A stretch of DNA of 64,000 nucleotides from NCBI GenBank assembly GCA_032718475.1, contig JAUCBJ010008467.1, forward strand, positions 1 through 64,000, written 5' to 3'. Position numbers and translations under genes: made by a program. Of the stretch, positions 28,248 through 41,054 are shown piece by piece. The notes under the pieces were generated by a model. That model was not told the DNA's origin, did not search any database, and saw only the letters and a list, made by a program, of their open reading frames with translations. Within the stretch, counting starts at the first letter, position 1, and every line of letters begins with the position of its first letter. This DNA is from Nemertoderma westbladi (lineage: Eukaryota > Animalia > Xenacoelomorpha).

Positions 28248-31200
28248 ATGGCGGAGAGGATTTACAATGCCTATGCCTACGGATTCCTATGCGCTAGAAC
28301 CCAGAGAACCCCGAGCCGATATTAGCGCAATGCACAAACCACCAGAGTCTGCGTTATCAAGAAGGCAGATACCCCTTGACTAATCCGTATCACTCATTTA
28401 AGATGAGTGGACCGAATGTAGGCGAGATTGTGATTTATGAACCCAAACTAGTCGAGCTGGACGTCTACAGTATGATAAAAGACGAGTCCAACAAGTCGAC
28501 ACAGGAGAAACGGGAAAATCTTAGCCTGTATAGGGTGTACACGAGAAAGGTGAGATCGAGGAGTTCAGCAGAAGGCTTGCGAGCCTATCATTCTATTGGA
28601 TATCCCACGATCAAACCGAACCTAAGGAAATGACACCCGAACTCTCCGATAGCATTACTTTTGCTCAGCATTTGTCGCAGAGACTACAGACACCTCACGT
28701 CGAGATGATGCGAGAATCTCAACCCAACTCTACCCAAGCGGTAGTGCCGGTCACGAGGATAACCAACTTTCCTATTAGTATACCGACCAGAGAGGATACG
28801 ACTTACGAGATCCCCATAGTGGAGCATCCAGAGATTATCTCGAACCTGGATTTCCTCCCATCGGTAACATTTGGCAATGTGTTAGAGGCGGCGGAGTTGC
28901 GTAGAATAATAGTTCAGAAAATCGTACTCAATGTGCCTCCACATATTACCGATTTTAAGCAAGTTGATCGTGCGGGGACGGATATCGCACCTTGCATCCT
29001 GCAAGGATATCTAACAAGGACGATTCGATTGTGGATCGGAGTCGGCACGTTCGAAACCGACACCGACATCGCAACCAATTGGACGGGGAAACCCATAAGC
29101 GTCGATGACGAGAAGTCCATTGGAAGGATATGGAACCTTACCGACGATTTACTCAACAAATGGGACACGACGAGTCGATCTCTGCGAGAGAACGGGTATA
29201 TATTTTACGACAACGAAAGGAGGGAGCCACCAGCAGAGCCTCACCAGGTGGAGTGCTATATGTCTTCAGCCGACAGCAGAGCGATCGAAAGATGCCGATG
29301 CCGGAAGGAACGACACAACGACACGCTATGATAAAGTGGATTGTAAAACCCATGCACCTAGCTTGTAATATAGAAGCTAGGAAATTACCAAAGGCCGTGC
29401 ACGACATCGTACTTGACAGGAGTATCATCAAAATCGGATCCAGTATACCGAGGACCTTATTTGCGACTTCGCTGGGATGCCCGAGGAGGAGGATCGATTG
29501 CGTGCGATCGATACTTATGTGGGCACTAGACCATTGTTGCTCTGGGCTATAGAGCAAGGATATTTCTGGGAGTATAATACTCTGCGGATAATCTTGCAGT
29601 ACTATTTGGAATCATTGGTAAACGTATGTTTCATCGCCGATATAGTGTCTAGGACTATTAAGCGACATCTGTTATGTCTCGGCGAAGGACATACAGTTTA
29701 TGAGGGAGGAAGGACGCATACTGATGTATTCCACCGATTCCTTCAACCATTTTACAAAACCAACGCCCACTGTGAATTTTTCACGCACGCAGGATTCAGA
29801 GTTTTTTGCGACGTTTATCTCACCCATGTGGGAAGCCTCATCGACAGACCGTCAATGTTGACGTTAGTACCCTTTGACAGGGAACGCCACATGGAGATTA
29901 AGGACCCGGAAGGATCATGGAAGGTGCGCGTGCCTACCGCTTATCATCCCGATGAGGATCCGACCGAGTCTGTGATAATCGACGAGCCGTAGTGGCAGCT
30001 TATAGAGGTAGAGGAGAATCTTCCGGGGAAGACGCGAACCGAGATCCGCGAACTCGAGAAGAGCAACACCATGGTTTGTGCGCAACCCACGGAGACGAAC
30101 ATACCGACTGACCCCGATGATGAAGACTATCATATGGACAGTAGCGCTCGCCTGGGCTACACGTGCTACACCATGCTACAGGGCATCATGCCAAGAAATG
30201 TGGAGCCAAGCATATCTCTCTACCAGACCTAGTGTGCAACTGGTATGGGGATCAACGGTCCCACACTTTCTACAGCTGTTGGCGCTTTGTGGCTCAGTGT
30301 ACCTACTGTAACATCAAAGGACATAGGGCATCGGAGTGCCAACTTTGAGACGTTCCCTATAAGCATATGTCAGTAAAGATCACACGACAGCTATTTTACC
30401 ATTGGGAAAATTTAGCACACAAGCATCTGTCGACGCAGCGACGATGTTTCCCCATGAGAGCGCACCAGGGATTATGGGCCGTCAACCCTCTCATAATGTC
30501 TAAAGAAGGATATGTGTCTGGCATGCCTCAGTACGACGAACTGTTGGAGGTGCTGGACATATTGCCATTGGATAGGTTCACATCCTACATGTTCACCCGG
30601 ATAACAAGAATACATGGAACTTTCAGACCGTGGTGAACAGGATAACCGCTGGGGAGTTAGATAAACTGTGAGTCGAACAGCGGAATCGGGGAGTCTGGCA
30701 TTCGATTGCTGGGCTTACCGGATCGCATTTTATCACAAACGCGTGACCTCATGTAGATTGACGAGGCAAACATCTTGCGTGAAACCGGTTTTAAAGCAAC
30801 ATCGTTGCCCGAGAGAATACGCCATCCCCAAGAGGATGCGCAATTTCACATTCTTCTAGCCCAGAAGGCCGGACAAGAGATAAAGAAAGTGGTGAATGTC
30901 GCTGAAAGGACGACTTCCAAGTCACAGATCTGGATGACCTGAGGCACCGTTTCCCTTCCTAGAGAACCGTGTGGAGGGACAGGATTCGCTTTGCCCAAAC
31001 CCATGAGGGTTCTGACGACATTGGAGAGTGAGGTGTCGGTGGACGGATTGGTCCCGCCCCTCAAACTTCCTTCTAGCTTCGCAGAGGCTCAACCCGATCC
31101 TACTAAGTGCATGATTGGGATCGGACGAGGATTTAGAGGATTAAGCACCCGACGGATGTGCAAGACACCAGTTGTTCCTTTTCCTAGCGTTCTGGAATTG

Positions 31201-31263
31201 CAGACAGATCGGAGCCCGAGTCCAGTTCGATCTCGACTGCCACCCAATCATCTTAGAGGGTGA
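28248..31263 (+). pseudogene. Accessory ORF A: DEDD-like 3'-5' exonuclease plus CCHC zinc-knuckle protein (frameshifted)
   Basis: GYIFYDNE (DxE at 29209-29217), LPKAVHDIVLDRSIIKIGSSI, CTYCNIKGHRASEC, FYHWENLA; motifs collinear with ORF B at 59979-62462. Confidence 0.6.
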
Positions 31264-31845
31264 GGTCGAGATCATTGAGACAAAACAATGAGGGGCGAGG
31301 TGGAGGAAGGAAGGCTTGCGAGCCTACCGTTGGCATTAAAGAGCGAGATTATGGAGAAAGGAAGGCTTGCGAGCCTACCGATAGCGATTAGCACTCAGGA
31401 GAAGACATCTAGACCAGCGAGACGAACTTTTAAGATCGTCAGGAGGGCACTTTAGGACACTTTGAAATTATTTTAGCAATTGTGTTTTTTTATATTTTGA
31501 CTGATTTAATTTTGTGAACTTATATGTATTTGTAACATTATATTGTATGAAAATTTGAAATTATTTGCATTAATTTGTTAATTTGTTTAATTTTGGATAA
31601 CTGAAGCCCTTTTTTATATTTTATGCACCAAGCTCGATAATATTAGAGTGTAAATTTGTATTTGTATGTACATATGTACAAAGGTTTTATATTTACGCAG
31701 TACCAGCAATATTTAGTATGCAATAGATTAAAGCAGTGATTATATTATATTTTAGGCCCTACCCTAGATTTAGAGAGATATTTTAGTAATTAATTTTGTA
31801 TTTCAATTGGTGCAAACAGTCTTACTTACTGTTTTCATGGAGCAG

Positions 31846-33174
31846 TGTGGGATTATTTCACTGTTAAGTAAGATATCTACAGTACTACGTAAAAAACTTT
31901 CTAAATCCGACGTATTATGCTTTGATTTGTAGTTGTTGTAATTTGCCTATTACCTACAATAGTTATAATTTCACCTGGGTTTCCATTGGCGCAGTGGTCG
32001 AGTAGGTTAAGGCGCGGGTTACATTGTAAGTAGGTCAGGGGTTCGAATCTAGATCGGTAAATTCCTAGTAGTAGTCCTAGTCCTAGTATTTTGGGCTATT
32101 ATATTTTCGGTTTCATTAATGAATGGGGTGCGTACAACATGTGGAACGATGAGTTGGACCAATCGTAGGGCACTTGATAATTTATTGCTCCAATGTGCAT
32201 TCATAGAATGTTGTAGAACGTTCTGGTTGATTCCATGCTTAGGATTTGCTATATAAGGGGCTGTTTGCCCTTCGGTTCTCTCTTATTACATTGTTAACTC
32301 ATTCGCATACCTTAACCTCTTTTAGTTTAATTTGCCTTTTGTTATTCTGTAAAGTTTAGTTAATTTGATGAGTCTTACATTAAATATACTGCAAACTCTA
32401 ACATGTAGTTTTAACGTATCTATCTTGAGACAGTCAAACGCTTCGGGGAATGGCTGCCTAGACCGTTAGGCTTCAGCAACGCAAGGGGAAGGGATGTCCA
32501 CGGCGCATTAAGGAGCCCACATTATCTTCGTGCGACTAGCTTATTTGAGTAGCTAGCACCTGGTATTGTTATTTTGATAAAATCACCAAAACCTAGTTTA
32601 ACGGCGATACACTAAAATTGATTTATTCGTAACACACACACACACATACACGCGTCTTGAGATCTAAGCTACTGATTTACAATAGACTATTATTATTTGA
32701 GGAGATATTTGGTATTTGTTTTACTCAGGCATAGAGGTACCCTTTTGACTGCTATTTTCCTGCCGGCAGTATTGTTTTATGCTAGTGTCATTGACCCGCC
32801 AGCTTGTATATACCCATATAAATCACACCGCAGCAAGTTTACGGTATTTTAGGTCCATTAGCGATAGTTAGGATTCGCTACGCGGGGATTGTTTTACCGT
32901 GAGTTTGGTCTGTATCTGTAAACTGTACATCTGCCTCACCGGTTAGAGGCCGGGCATCCTGTTTGTCTAGTTACCCCGGGCATTTGATTCGCCCAAGTAT
33001 TAGAATAGACATCAGGCTCCATTCCTCGCCAGTAGTACTTAGTATCTGTTTATTTAGACACCCTGGACTGGGATTTCTTGTCAGATACTGAACGAGCCCG
33101 TATACACTGCTGGATTCTACAGTAAGGTACATCGTTACTAGGATCCGGTAAGCGGTATACTACTGCACTTATCA
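31846..33174 (+). repeat. 3' LTR of element A (internal ~640 bp deletion relative to the other copies)
   Basis: Starts TGTGGGATTATTTCA, ends CTTATCA; CCAAT near 32159 and TATATAA at 32250-32256. Confidence 0.85.
31980..32062 (+). other. tRNA-derived (Pol III A/B-box) segment inside the LTR U3 region
   Basis: A-box TGGCGCAGTGG (~31988) and B-box GGTTCGAATC (~32040); no intact cloverleaf or anticodon arm recognised. Confidence 0.5.
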
Positions 33175-33221
33175 GTCATAGATTATTCATCCCCATACTT
33201 TTCTTGCGAGACTGGAGGTTC

Positions 33222-33670
33222 AAGGCCCGTTTCCATGCAGCTTTTTTGAGTTGTATTTCCAGCTTTTTTTTGAGCTTTATTTCTAGATTTTTTTGAGCTG
33301 TATTTCTAGCTTTTTTTTAGCTTTATTTCTAGCTTTTTTTGAGCTGTATTTCTAGCTTTTTTCAAGCTTTTTTTGAGCTTTATTTCTAGCTTTTTTTGAG
33401 ATGTATTTCTAGCTTTTTTTGAGCTATATTTCTAGCTTTTTTGAGCTGTATTTCTAGCTTTTTTTCTAGCCTTTTTTTTAGTTTTTTCTAGCTTATTTTG
33501 AGCTTTTTTCAAGCTTTATTTTGAGCTATTTTTCAAGCTTTTTTTGAGCTTTATTCTATATTTTAGGATTTAGAATTCGAAAACTCTCAGGTTCATCTTG
33601 AAGCAATTAATTTCTAGAAATTGTTTTACCTAAAAAAGCTTGAAATAAAGCTCAAAAAAAGCTTGAAATG
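33222..33670 (+). repeat. ~20-bp T-rich minisatellite (GAGCTTTATTTCTAGCTTTTTTT) with a short inverted copy, probably a MITE remnant
   Basis: Tandem units at 33240-33560, inverted units AAAAAGCTTGAAATAAAGCTC at 33632-33669, preceded by TIR-like GGCCCGTTTCCA. Confidence 0.6.
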
Positions 33671-33681
33671 AATATAGATAC

Positions 33682-33765
33682 CTTGAAAAAGATATACATA
33701 TTATATCGAAAGCTAGTGAGAAAGCAATATATGAATATTTTCTGAGGTCGATCTAGCTTTATTTA
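33682..33765 (+). ncRNA. Hammerhead-ribozyme-like motif in Penelope 5' pLTR
   Basis: CTTGAAAAA core variant, stem II GATATA/TATATC, GAAA, and AAGCTAG pairing with CTAGCTT-TA at 33753-33761. Confidence 0.5.
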
Positions 33766-33867
33766 AAATAATATTTTATTTATTCATTATTTTATGCTTA
33801 CAAATATATATATAATATACACTAAACCGGATCCCTTATCCCACGGCGGTTTCTTATATATTAAAGT

Positions 33868-35925
33868 TGAAAAGTCCAGCAGTATACCGCCTACCGGATC
33901 GTAGTAACGATGTATCTTACTGTAAGATCTAGTAGTGTCTACGGGCTCGTACAGTATCTGACAATAAATCCCAGTCCAGGGTGTCTAAATAAACAGATAC
34001 TAAATACACAAACTACTACTGGCGAGGAACGGAGCCTGGTGTCTATTCTAATACGTGGGCGAGTCAAATGCCCGGGCGTACTAGACAAAACAGGATACCC
34101 GGCCTCTAACCGGTGAGGCAGATGTACCGTTTACGGTGACAGACCAAACTCACGAGGAAAACAATCCCCACGCAGCGAATCCTAACTATCGCTAACGGAC
34201 CTAAATACCGTAAACTTGCCGCAGTGTCATTTATATGGTTTATATACGAGCTAGTGGATTAACAGACTAGCGTAACAATACTGACAGTGACAATCAGTCA
34301 AAAGGGGGTAGTGCCAAAAGTAACAATACTGTTGACAGGTTAAAAACAGTCAAACAAGTGAATGCTCCCTTGCCGTAAAACTAAATATCAATATCTCTCA
34401 AATTTACAAACTACGAATGGTAGAACTGCAGAATAGAATCCTATCTGAAAGGCAATTAAGCTAGTAACTAGTAGGTCTCGAAGGGGGGGGTATATATGTT
34501 TTAGGGCGTGTGTGTGTGTGTTACGAATGAAACAATTTTGGTGTACTCCATTGTTAGTACTGTTTTAGTGATTTCTGACCAAAACAATACCGGGCGCTAG
34601 CTACTAAAATAAGCTAGTCGCTCTCTGTAGGGCTTAATACTTACAACCCTGACATCAAAGCTCTCTCCTTCTTAACCACAACTCAACCGGGCAATTACGT
34701 TGTTAGTAACTACACACGTGATCGGCACTAATACCAGATTCTGGTTGTAAGATAAGAAAATTGGTGTTAATTGCTACCGTACATTAGCTGATCTGGTATA
34801 CTAATTTGATTCTAGAACTTTGTTACTGCGGTGGTTAGCAGTAAATACCTATCAGTACGTGGCAAGGCGCAGTAGGATATTAATAAACCTCCCTAGGCCA
34901 AGCATGTGCCGGTAGCAGAAATGCTCCTTGCCTGATCAAACATTTCGGGCTCAGACAGGGGCGAGCAAATGTATAAACTACAAAGTGAACCGGTACAGAA
35001 CTGTCAGTACTACAAATGACCAAATTATAGAACATGTGCTGTCCGCACCTAAAGTGTACTTGCGTGTACTGACGAACAGCAATAGTTCTACCTGTAGGGA
35101 ATACAGGTTAATCCGGGGATTTGGCACTGAACCTATCGGAATCTGAGATATTGATCCTAAATTTTACGGCGTCCTAGGACGGCGTCACGCTTACCCTGAT
35201 CTATAGGTCTTATGGCGGGCAAGGGGGTCAAACAAAATCTTACCTTCCTCTGAAGTGGGCGCTGTATGGCAAGAGTGGAGCATTTCGAACGGGCATGCGG
35301 GCGAATCTAAAGTGGGCGCTTAGAGTGTTGTGGACATCTTTTCCCTGCGTTGCTGACGGCCTAACGGTTTAGGCAGCCATTTCCCAAATGTTTGGCTGTC
35401 CCAAAGGTGGTCTGTTCGAAATATACATGTTCAAGAGTTTACAGTATATTTACCTAATTTACAAAACTTATTACTTCACCTTTACAAATAATAACTAAAC
35501 TAAGCAAACTAAGATCAGTGATAACAAGGATTGTAAGTGGGTATTATGGTGTATAGAATGTAATGATAACCGAAGGCTAAACCGGCCCTTATATAGCAAA
35601 TCAGGGACATAGAATCTACTATATTCTAGGGCATTCCATGGCCTCACATTGGAGCAATTAGATGTTCGATGCCCTATGATTGGCCCAACTCAGTATTCCA
35701 CATGTTGTACGCACCTCATTGACCTATCTATTTTAATCAAATCGAAAATTAATAGCCCAAAAAAGACCCATCTGACCACTGCGCCAATAGAGTCACCGAT
35801 GAACTAACATGTACTAATAGGAATAGGCATATTACATTACTACAAATTAAGTCATAATACGTCGGATTTTAGAAAGTTTTTACGTTATACTACAAAGTGC
35901 TACCTAACAGTGAAATAATCCATCA
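33868..35925 (-). mobile_element. Solo LTR (2058 bp) of the element A family
   Basis: TG...CA termini on the minus strand, perfect 5-bp TSD AAAGT at 33863-33867 and 35926-35930; contains both segments that are individually missing from the two element A LTRs. Confidence 0.92.
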
Positions 35926-35970
35926 AAAGTAATATATCTTCCTACAATAATTTATGATTATCTGCCGTGG

Positions 35971-37057
35971 ATGAATAATGAACAACCAAAATCGTTATAC
36001 TTTAAAATGTCTAAATCGGAACTAAAATTCAAGACGTCAGAATTGCAATTATCTTTTCTAAGAGATTGTGCGTATTTTAATCTTGTACCCAAGAGTCTGA
36101 GAATAATTAACCACTACAATGTACCAATATTTAAAAATTTACAGTACTTCGAATATTACGCCAATTCTATTAATAAAACATTGAGGGAAGCAGAGCATAA
36201 AAACATTAATGACCTGATTAGATACACTGATTAGAAACACTTTTCGATCTGAACTTTTCTTGGAAAAGAATCGTCTTTGTGAAGTGACAAACGAGGAACA
36301 ATACAGGTCCACCAACAAATTCCATAAATATTTGTTCAAAAAGGGAAGAGAGATTGGGACACGTTTAAAAAGGAACTAGATGCGTTATTTCGTGAGCGAG
36401 ATGAGAGATCATGTGGCATGGAACATTGAGACTTATCATAGGACTACAACAACTTGAACAAAATACAATTGGGTTGGAAAATTTATTTTCCAGACAACAT
36501 CGAGCCAGACATGTAAGGGGACACTTACACACAGTTCAAAGGCGGAACAGTCGGGGAAACAGAAAGTCATACTTAATAGAAAAACTGAAGACAGGTATTA
36601 TGAACAATCCGACACACAAAAAGGTATTTGAGCCTTTAGCTTGTGCGGGAAGCTCATTTAGTGGGGGAGAAAAGTCTCTACTGGAACTAGGACCATCCTT
36701 CTGTCCGACTCCATTGACTATTGATTTATATAAATCACATAAGGACTACAACGACTTTGTAAACATAACTAGGAACAAATACTATGAGATCATAAAGAAA
36801 ACGGAAAACCCACAGAACAGAGAACAACAAGCACACTTGGATACAGCCACGACTAATATTGATGAACATGAATCACATACTGCGGCAAGACAGGTTGTCC
36901 CATGGAAAGGTAAACATTATTCACCCAACAAACAAGGAATACTGATCTAGAACAGTTTTTTGTTAATGTATACAATGAAATCTTCACGCAAAACAACTAC
37001 ATAGCCGACAATCTCACAAAACTACAACGAGAAGCACTGAACTCTATTAGGAGGAAA
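35971..37057 (+). pseudogene. Penelope-like ORF N-terminal region
   Basis: FLRDCAYFNLVPKSLRI, EKSLLELGPSFCPTP and DNLTKLQREAL, motifs typical of the pre-RT part of PLE ORFs. Confidence 0.75.
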
Positions 37058-37720
37058 CTACACACGATTCGGCCCACCCACTATATTTTCGTAATCGTTC
37101 AATGAAATCCTACAAAATTTGGGCTGTTGGTGAAACAACAATAGACGAACACTACCAAACCTTAAAAAGTTAAAATTTCATAAGCAGGGAATCATAATTT
37201 TGAAGAAAAATAAAAGTAGTCCCAGGACAAAATTACAAAATTTATCGTTTTCTAAAAACTAATAGTGCGGCAGTGTTTGGCTAGATTTAGTAGGTTTTTA
37301 AAGACGCTGAATCGAATGTGATTATGTTCCATTTCCAAAAATTGAAGTGGATGCTATTTTTCGTGCACCTAAGAAGTGGGCGTGCTCAAATTTTGATAAA
37401 TTAGATATTCAGAAAATGCCCCTAATTTTTTATTTCAACGCATCTTTTTAAGTTTTCTGGGCCGCTGAATCGATTGAAAGTAATATAGAAGCCTGAAGAC
37501 TTATTGGTTCGCCATTTTTGGTGCACCAAAATTAGGGCGTGGCACTTAAAATTTTGAAAAGTACGAGATTCGTAAAATAAACCAAAATTGAAATTTTAAC
37601 GCATTTAAATAGGTTTTCTAGACCGCTGAATCGATTGAAAGTAATATAGAAGCCTGAAGACTTAGGGGTTAGCCATTTTTCATGTACCAAAATTAGGGCG
37701 TGGCACTTCAAATTTTGAAG
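37058..37720. mobile_element. Non-coding DNA-transposon-like fragment with ~160-bp internal tandem repeats
   Basis: CGCTGAATCGA...GGGCGTG units start at ~37301, 37461 and 37621; interrupts the PLE ORF; termini not resolved. Confidence 0.5.
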
Positions 37721-39775
37721 TTGGGTCGCTGATAATGTTCTTTGTCATGTTGTTCCAGAAGTTGAATTGACGACGTAAAACCTCATTTTGTAGCGTTTCT
37801 TTACCAGATTCAGCATAAAGTATTTCATTTGGGCATGAACTGCGAAGAACTAAGGGGTACTTTAACGATTTACGGTGTAAAGGTTCTAAATTCTTAGAGA
37901 TGTGTGGACCCCATGACTCACAACCATAGCCTACAACCATAACCACAACCAAGCTATGTACAGTGGGACCCGTTTGCACTTACAGATATCTATCAGGAGG
38001 CGCAACAGAAAAAGTTGATCAGCACAGCTTTTCCCTTTTTGGAAGGCTGATTGGAGCGGGTGAATAAATGCCCAGGTTCCGAGTCTTTTAGCTAGAATGC
38101 GGTCGTATATATTTGCCAAGAAATTGCCCATTGTAATGCCGCGGTAGTTTCTTGGTAAACTGAGGTTACCATTATTTGGTAAGAAGGACAGTATAGCATC
38201 CGTTAAGTTACTAGGAAAGCAACCCGATATAAAAATTGAATTGAACAATACTAAAAGAAATGGTATCAGAGTAGGGAAGAGTTTCCTTAGATTTGAGCCT
38301 GATATATCCTTCCCCCCTTTCTTTGATGCACTGTTACATGCTTCATGGATATCATCGAAGGTGAAATCATCATCCAATTGCGGAATATGAACCATATAGT
38401 TTAAAGTAAATAAATCTGCCGTTGACTCATTATCTGGAAGCGCATAAAGCGATTGAACATGAGATTCAAAACCACAGTTTTCTTGCTATTTACAGTACCC
38501 TTCCAATCAATTTTGTTCCACAACTCCTTGGAGTTGCTGGCATCAAGCAGTTCATTCCACTTCTTTCTTTCGTCACTGTGGTAATTTTTGATAATCTGGG
38601 AGTTGAGTTTCGAGCGTTTAGAAGTGAAATCAGTAATGGTATTGTCCATGTCGGTCTTTGGAGGATTATTGTTGGTACTTGTAAGAAGTTTTAAGTCATT
38701 AAAATAAGTTTCGCACTCCTTCATTAAATCATTGACACTGTAGGTTGAGTTACCTACAACCTACTTGTTCAGTATCGTTCCTATTGTGTTTTACTTCTCC
38801 AGTGCGACATGCGCTCAGTACAGCTGACCTTATCAGGCTTGCATTAGGGTTAGATCTGTCATATTAATACTACCGACTTCTGACGAGAGCGCTTCTACTG
38901 ATAAGTCGTAATCTATTAGAAATTTGCAAGTCGGTGGTCGTCCACAAGATATTACAGAGTTGAGTTCTCGTGCACGAGTAAGTAAGAGATTAAGATTTAT
39001 ACACTGCACTGATAATTTGATACATACAGGTATATGATCGGACAAATAAAATCCATGGTCGTTGAAGGCAAAGTGCTCTACAAAAGGTAGTGATTGCTTA
39101 TCAACTAACACTAAGTCAATTTGAGATTTTTTGGTTGATTTTGTGTATGTGAACATTCCTGGAAAAGAATGGCAGCCATGCATCATGTGGTTTAGGGGCC
39201 CACCAATACCAAGCGAAGTAAAGATATCTCTTAGCGTAGACCCATTCGTATTTGTTAAATGATCTACATTGTCTGAGTCTACATTGCCACCCTAAATCAC
39301 CCAAAACTGTGCGGAAATTGCCCATTCGACTGTTGAGGTCGCCACCAATAACAGGGCACAAGCCGTTTTCTTGTGCGGTTGCAATGGCGGCTGCAAGATG
39401 TGCGAGGTTAAGTGGGTCAGTCTTTACAGAGTCGCTTGGCAATATATACGATCCAAAAATTATTAACTTGGGAGAGTAATCTGAGCGTAAAGAAACGTAA
39501 CAATAAGTAAGTTCTAAGTCGAAAACATGATTTTGGAGGTCGTTACGTGCCAGTAAAATCAGTCCATGATCGAATCGTGGGAGAGTATTTAGTGTAATAT
39601 TAACGAATCCTTTTGGTAGTTCACAACCTGCTGTGTTGTGGCCTGTTTCAAATAAGAATATTAAATCATAATCGTTAAAACAGTTTACAAATTTTTTTAA
39701 TATTAGAGTAGTGCGTTTATTTACGTTCCAGAATAATACATTCAGTTTAAGTTGTTGTATAGTTTAAGTTGTTGA
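37720..39775 (-). pseudogene. Non-LTR retrotransposon ORF2 (APE endonuclease plus internally deleted RT)
   Basis: VLFWNVN, LIFLFET, GGDLNSRMG, SQIDLVLV, SDHIPV; RT NYRGIT, QSAFQKGKSCADQLF, then a jump to YGCESWG with no YADD region. Confidence 0.85.
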
Positions 39776-39808
39776 ACATGGGCCAATAATTACAGCAATA
39801 GAAGTGAC

Positions 39809-40947
39809 TTGGTTGGTGCTACGAAGTGTAAACGAAGAAGATGTAATCCTTGTGAATCTATTCAACCTTTAAAGAATTTTACAACAACGACCCCACTGAA
39901 CAAAAAGAGATATCTAATTAAAGGAAATTTTACTTGTGACATTAAGAATGTTATTTATCTGGTAAGGTGTGAAAAATGCAACTTACAAGGGGTAGGATCG
40001 ACAACCGACCTAAAAGCAAGAATTAGAAATTATAAATGCAAGATACTACTACTACTACTACTAGGTCGAGCGAACTCGGACAGTGGAAATGAGATCCTTC
40101 CAGGCTTCCCGATTCTCCATAGTTGTCGCAATTTCGTTTCTCCTAAGTTCAGTATCCCTTTCAAGTTGATCTATATATGTTATGGCCGGTCGTCCACGAC
40201 TACGCTTTCCATGAGTTGGTTGCCAGAAAAGTAGATCTGGTATGACCTCGTCTTTACTTCGCCAGCAGTGCCCACTGAATCTTAATCTGCGTTCACGGAG
40301 GGTGGTTGATACAGTTGGTATTGTACCATAAAGCTCGGCGTTTGTCATGTGTTGTCTCCAGCTGATGTTTAGGCTGCCCTTAGTAGTCTTGTGTAGCAAC
40401 CATCAATTCGCTGTTCAAGTGATTTAGTCAGTGTCCAGGTCTCACCCCCATATAAAAATACACTTTCCCCTGTGACTCGAAAGAACTTAGTCTTCAGGTG
40501 CCTGGAGAGATCTGATTTCCAGATGGTATCCATTTTTGATAGAGCTACCCAAGCCTTTGCTTTCCTAACTTCTATGTGCTTTTTGCTACTCTCTATCCAA
40601 GATCCAAGGTACTGGAAGTCATCAACCTTCCTTAGTTGATTATTATCAATGGTTGTCAAGTTTCCATCAACATGCAAGAATGCAAGATAGTAAACAATAA
40701 ACCCATGACTTCAATTGAAAGTCATTTCTGTGAACAGTTTGGACACAACTTTGCGGACTTCAAAATTACACCCATTGAGAACGTCAAATTTAAATTGAGA
40801 AACAAAAAAGATCAAACCGTCGAACTAAGGAACAGGGAGGGCTTTTGGCAATGTACTCTGCTAACAGTGAAACCATTCGGGTTGAACATGAACACCATCA
40901 ACGAGGCAGTAGTGAATGATTTCGGTGTAGATGTATTCAACCCATAA
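39809..40947 (+). pseudogene. Penelope GIY-YIG endonuclease split by a LINE insertion
   Basis: NVIYLVRCEKCNLQGVGST..LKARIRNYKCKI rejoins VNNKPMTSIESHF...REGFWQCTLLTVKPFGLN when 40046-40689 is removed. Confidence 0.88.
40046..40678 (-). mobile_element. 5'-truncated RTE-like LINE with (TAG)n tail
   Basis: VDDFQYLGSWI, LYGGETWTL, RRLRFSGHCWR; 11-bp TSD AATGCAAGATA at 40035-40045 and 40679-40689. Confidence 0.92.
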
Positions 40948-41054
40948 TTAAATTGGTTCGCCTGAGAAACACGAAATAGGAAAGACGTATACAAACTATC
41001 TAGAATTTTAAATTGTGCTTATATTGTTATTAATTTATTTAATTTATAAATAGT

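Larger units (their letters stand above)
17366..33174 (+). mobile_element. Decayed BEL/Pao LTR retrotransposon (element A) with nested Gypsy and an accessory third ORF
   Basis: Homologous LTR sequences at both ends, coiled-coil gag-like remnant, BEL-type RNase H and integrase motifs at 25478-27810. Assigning both LTRs to one insertion is inferred; the left TSD lies outside the window. Confidence 0.7.

Noticed and set aside
31980-32062. Functional tRNA gene
   Set aside because: A and B boxes are present but there is no coherent cloverleaf or anticodon arm.
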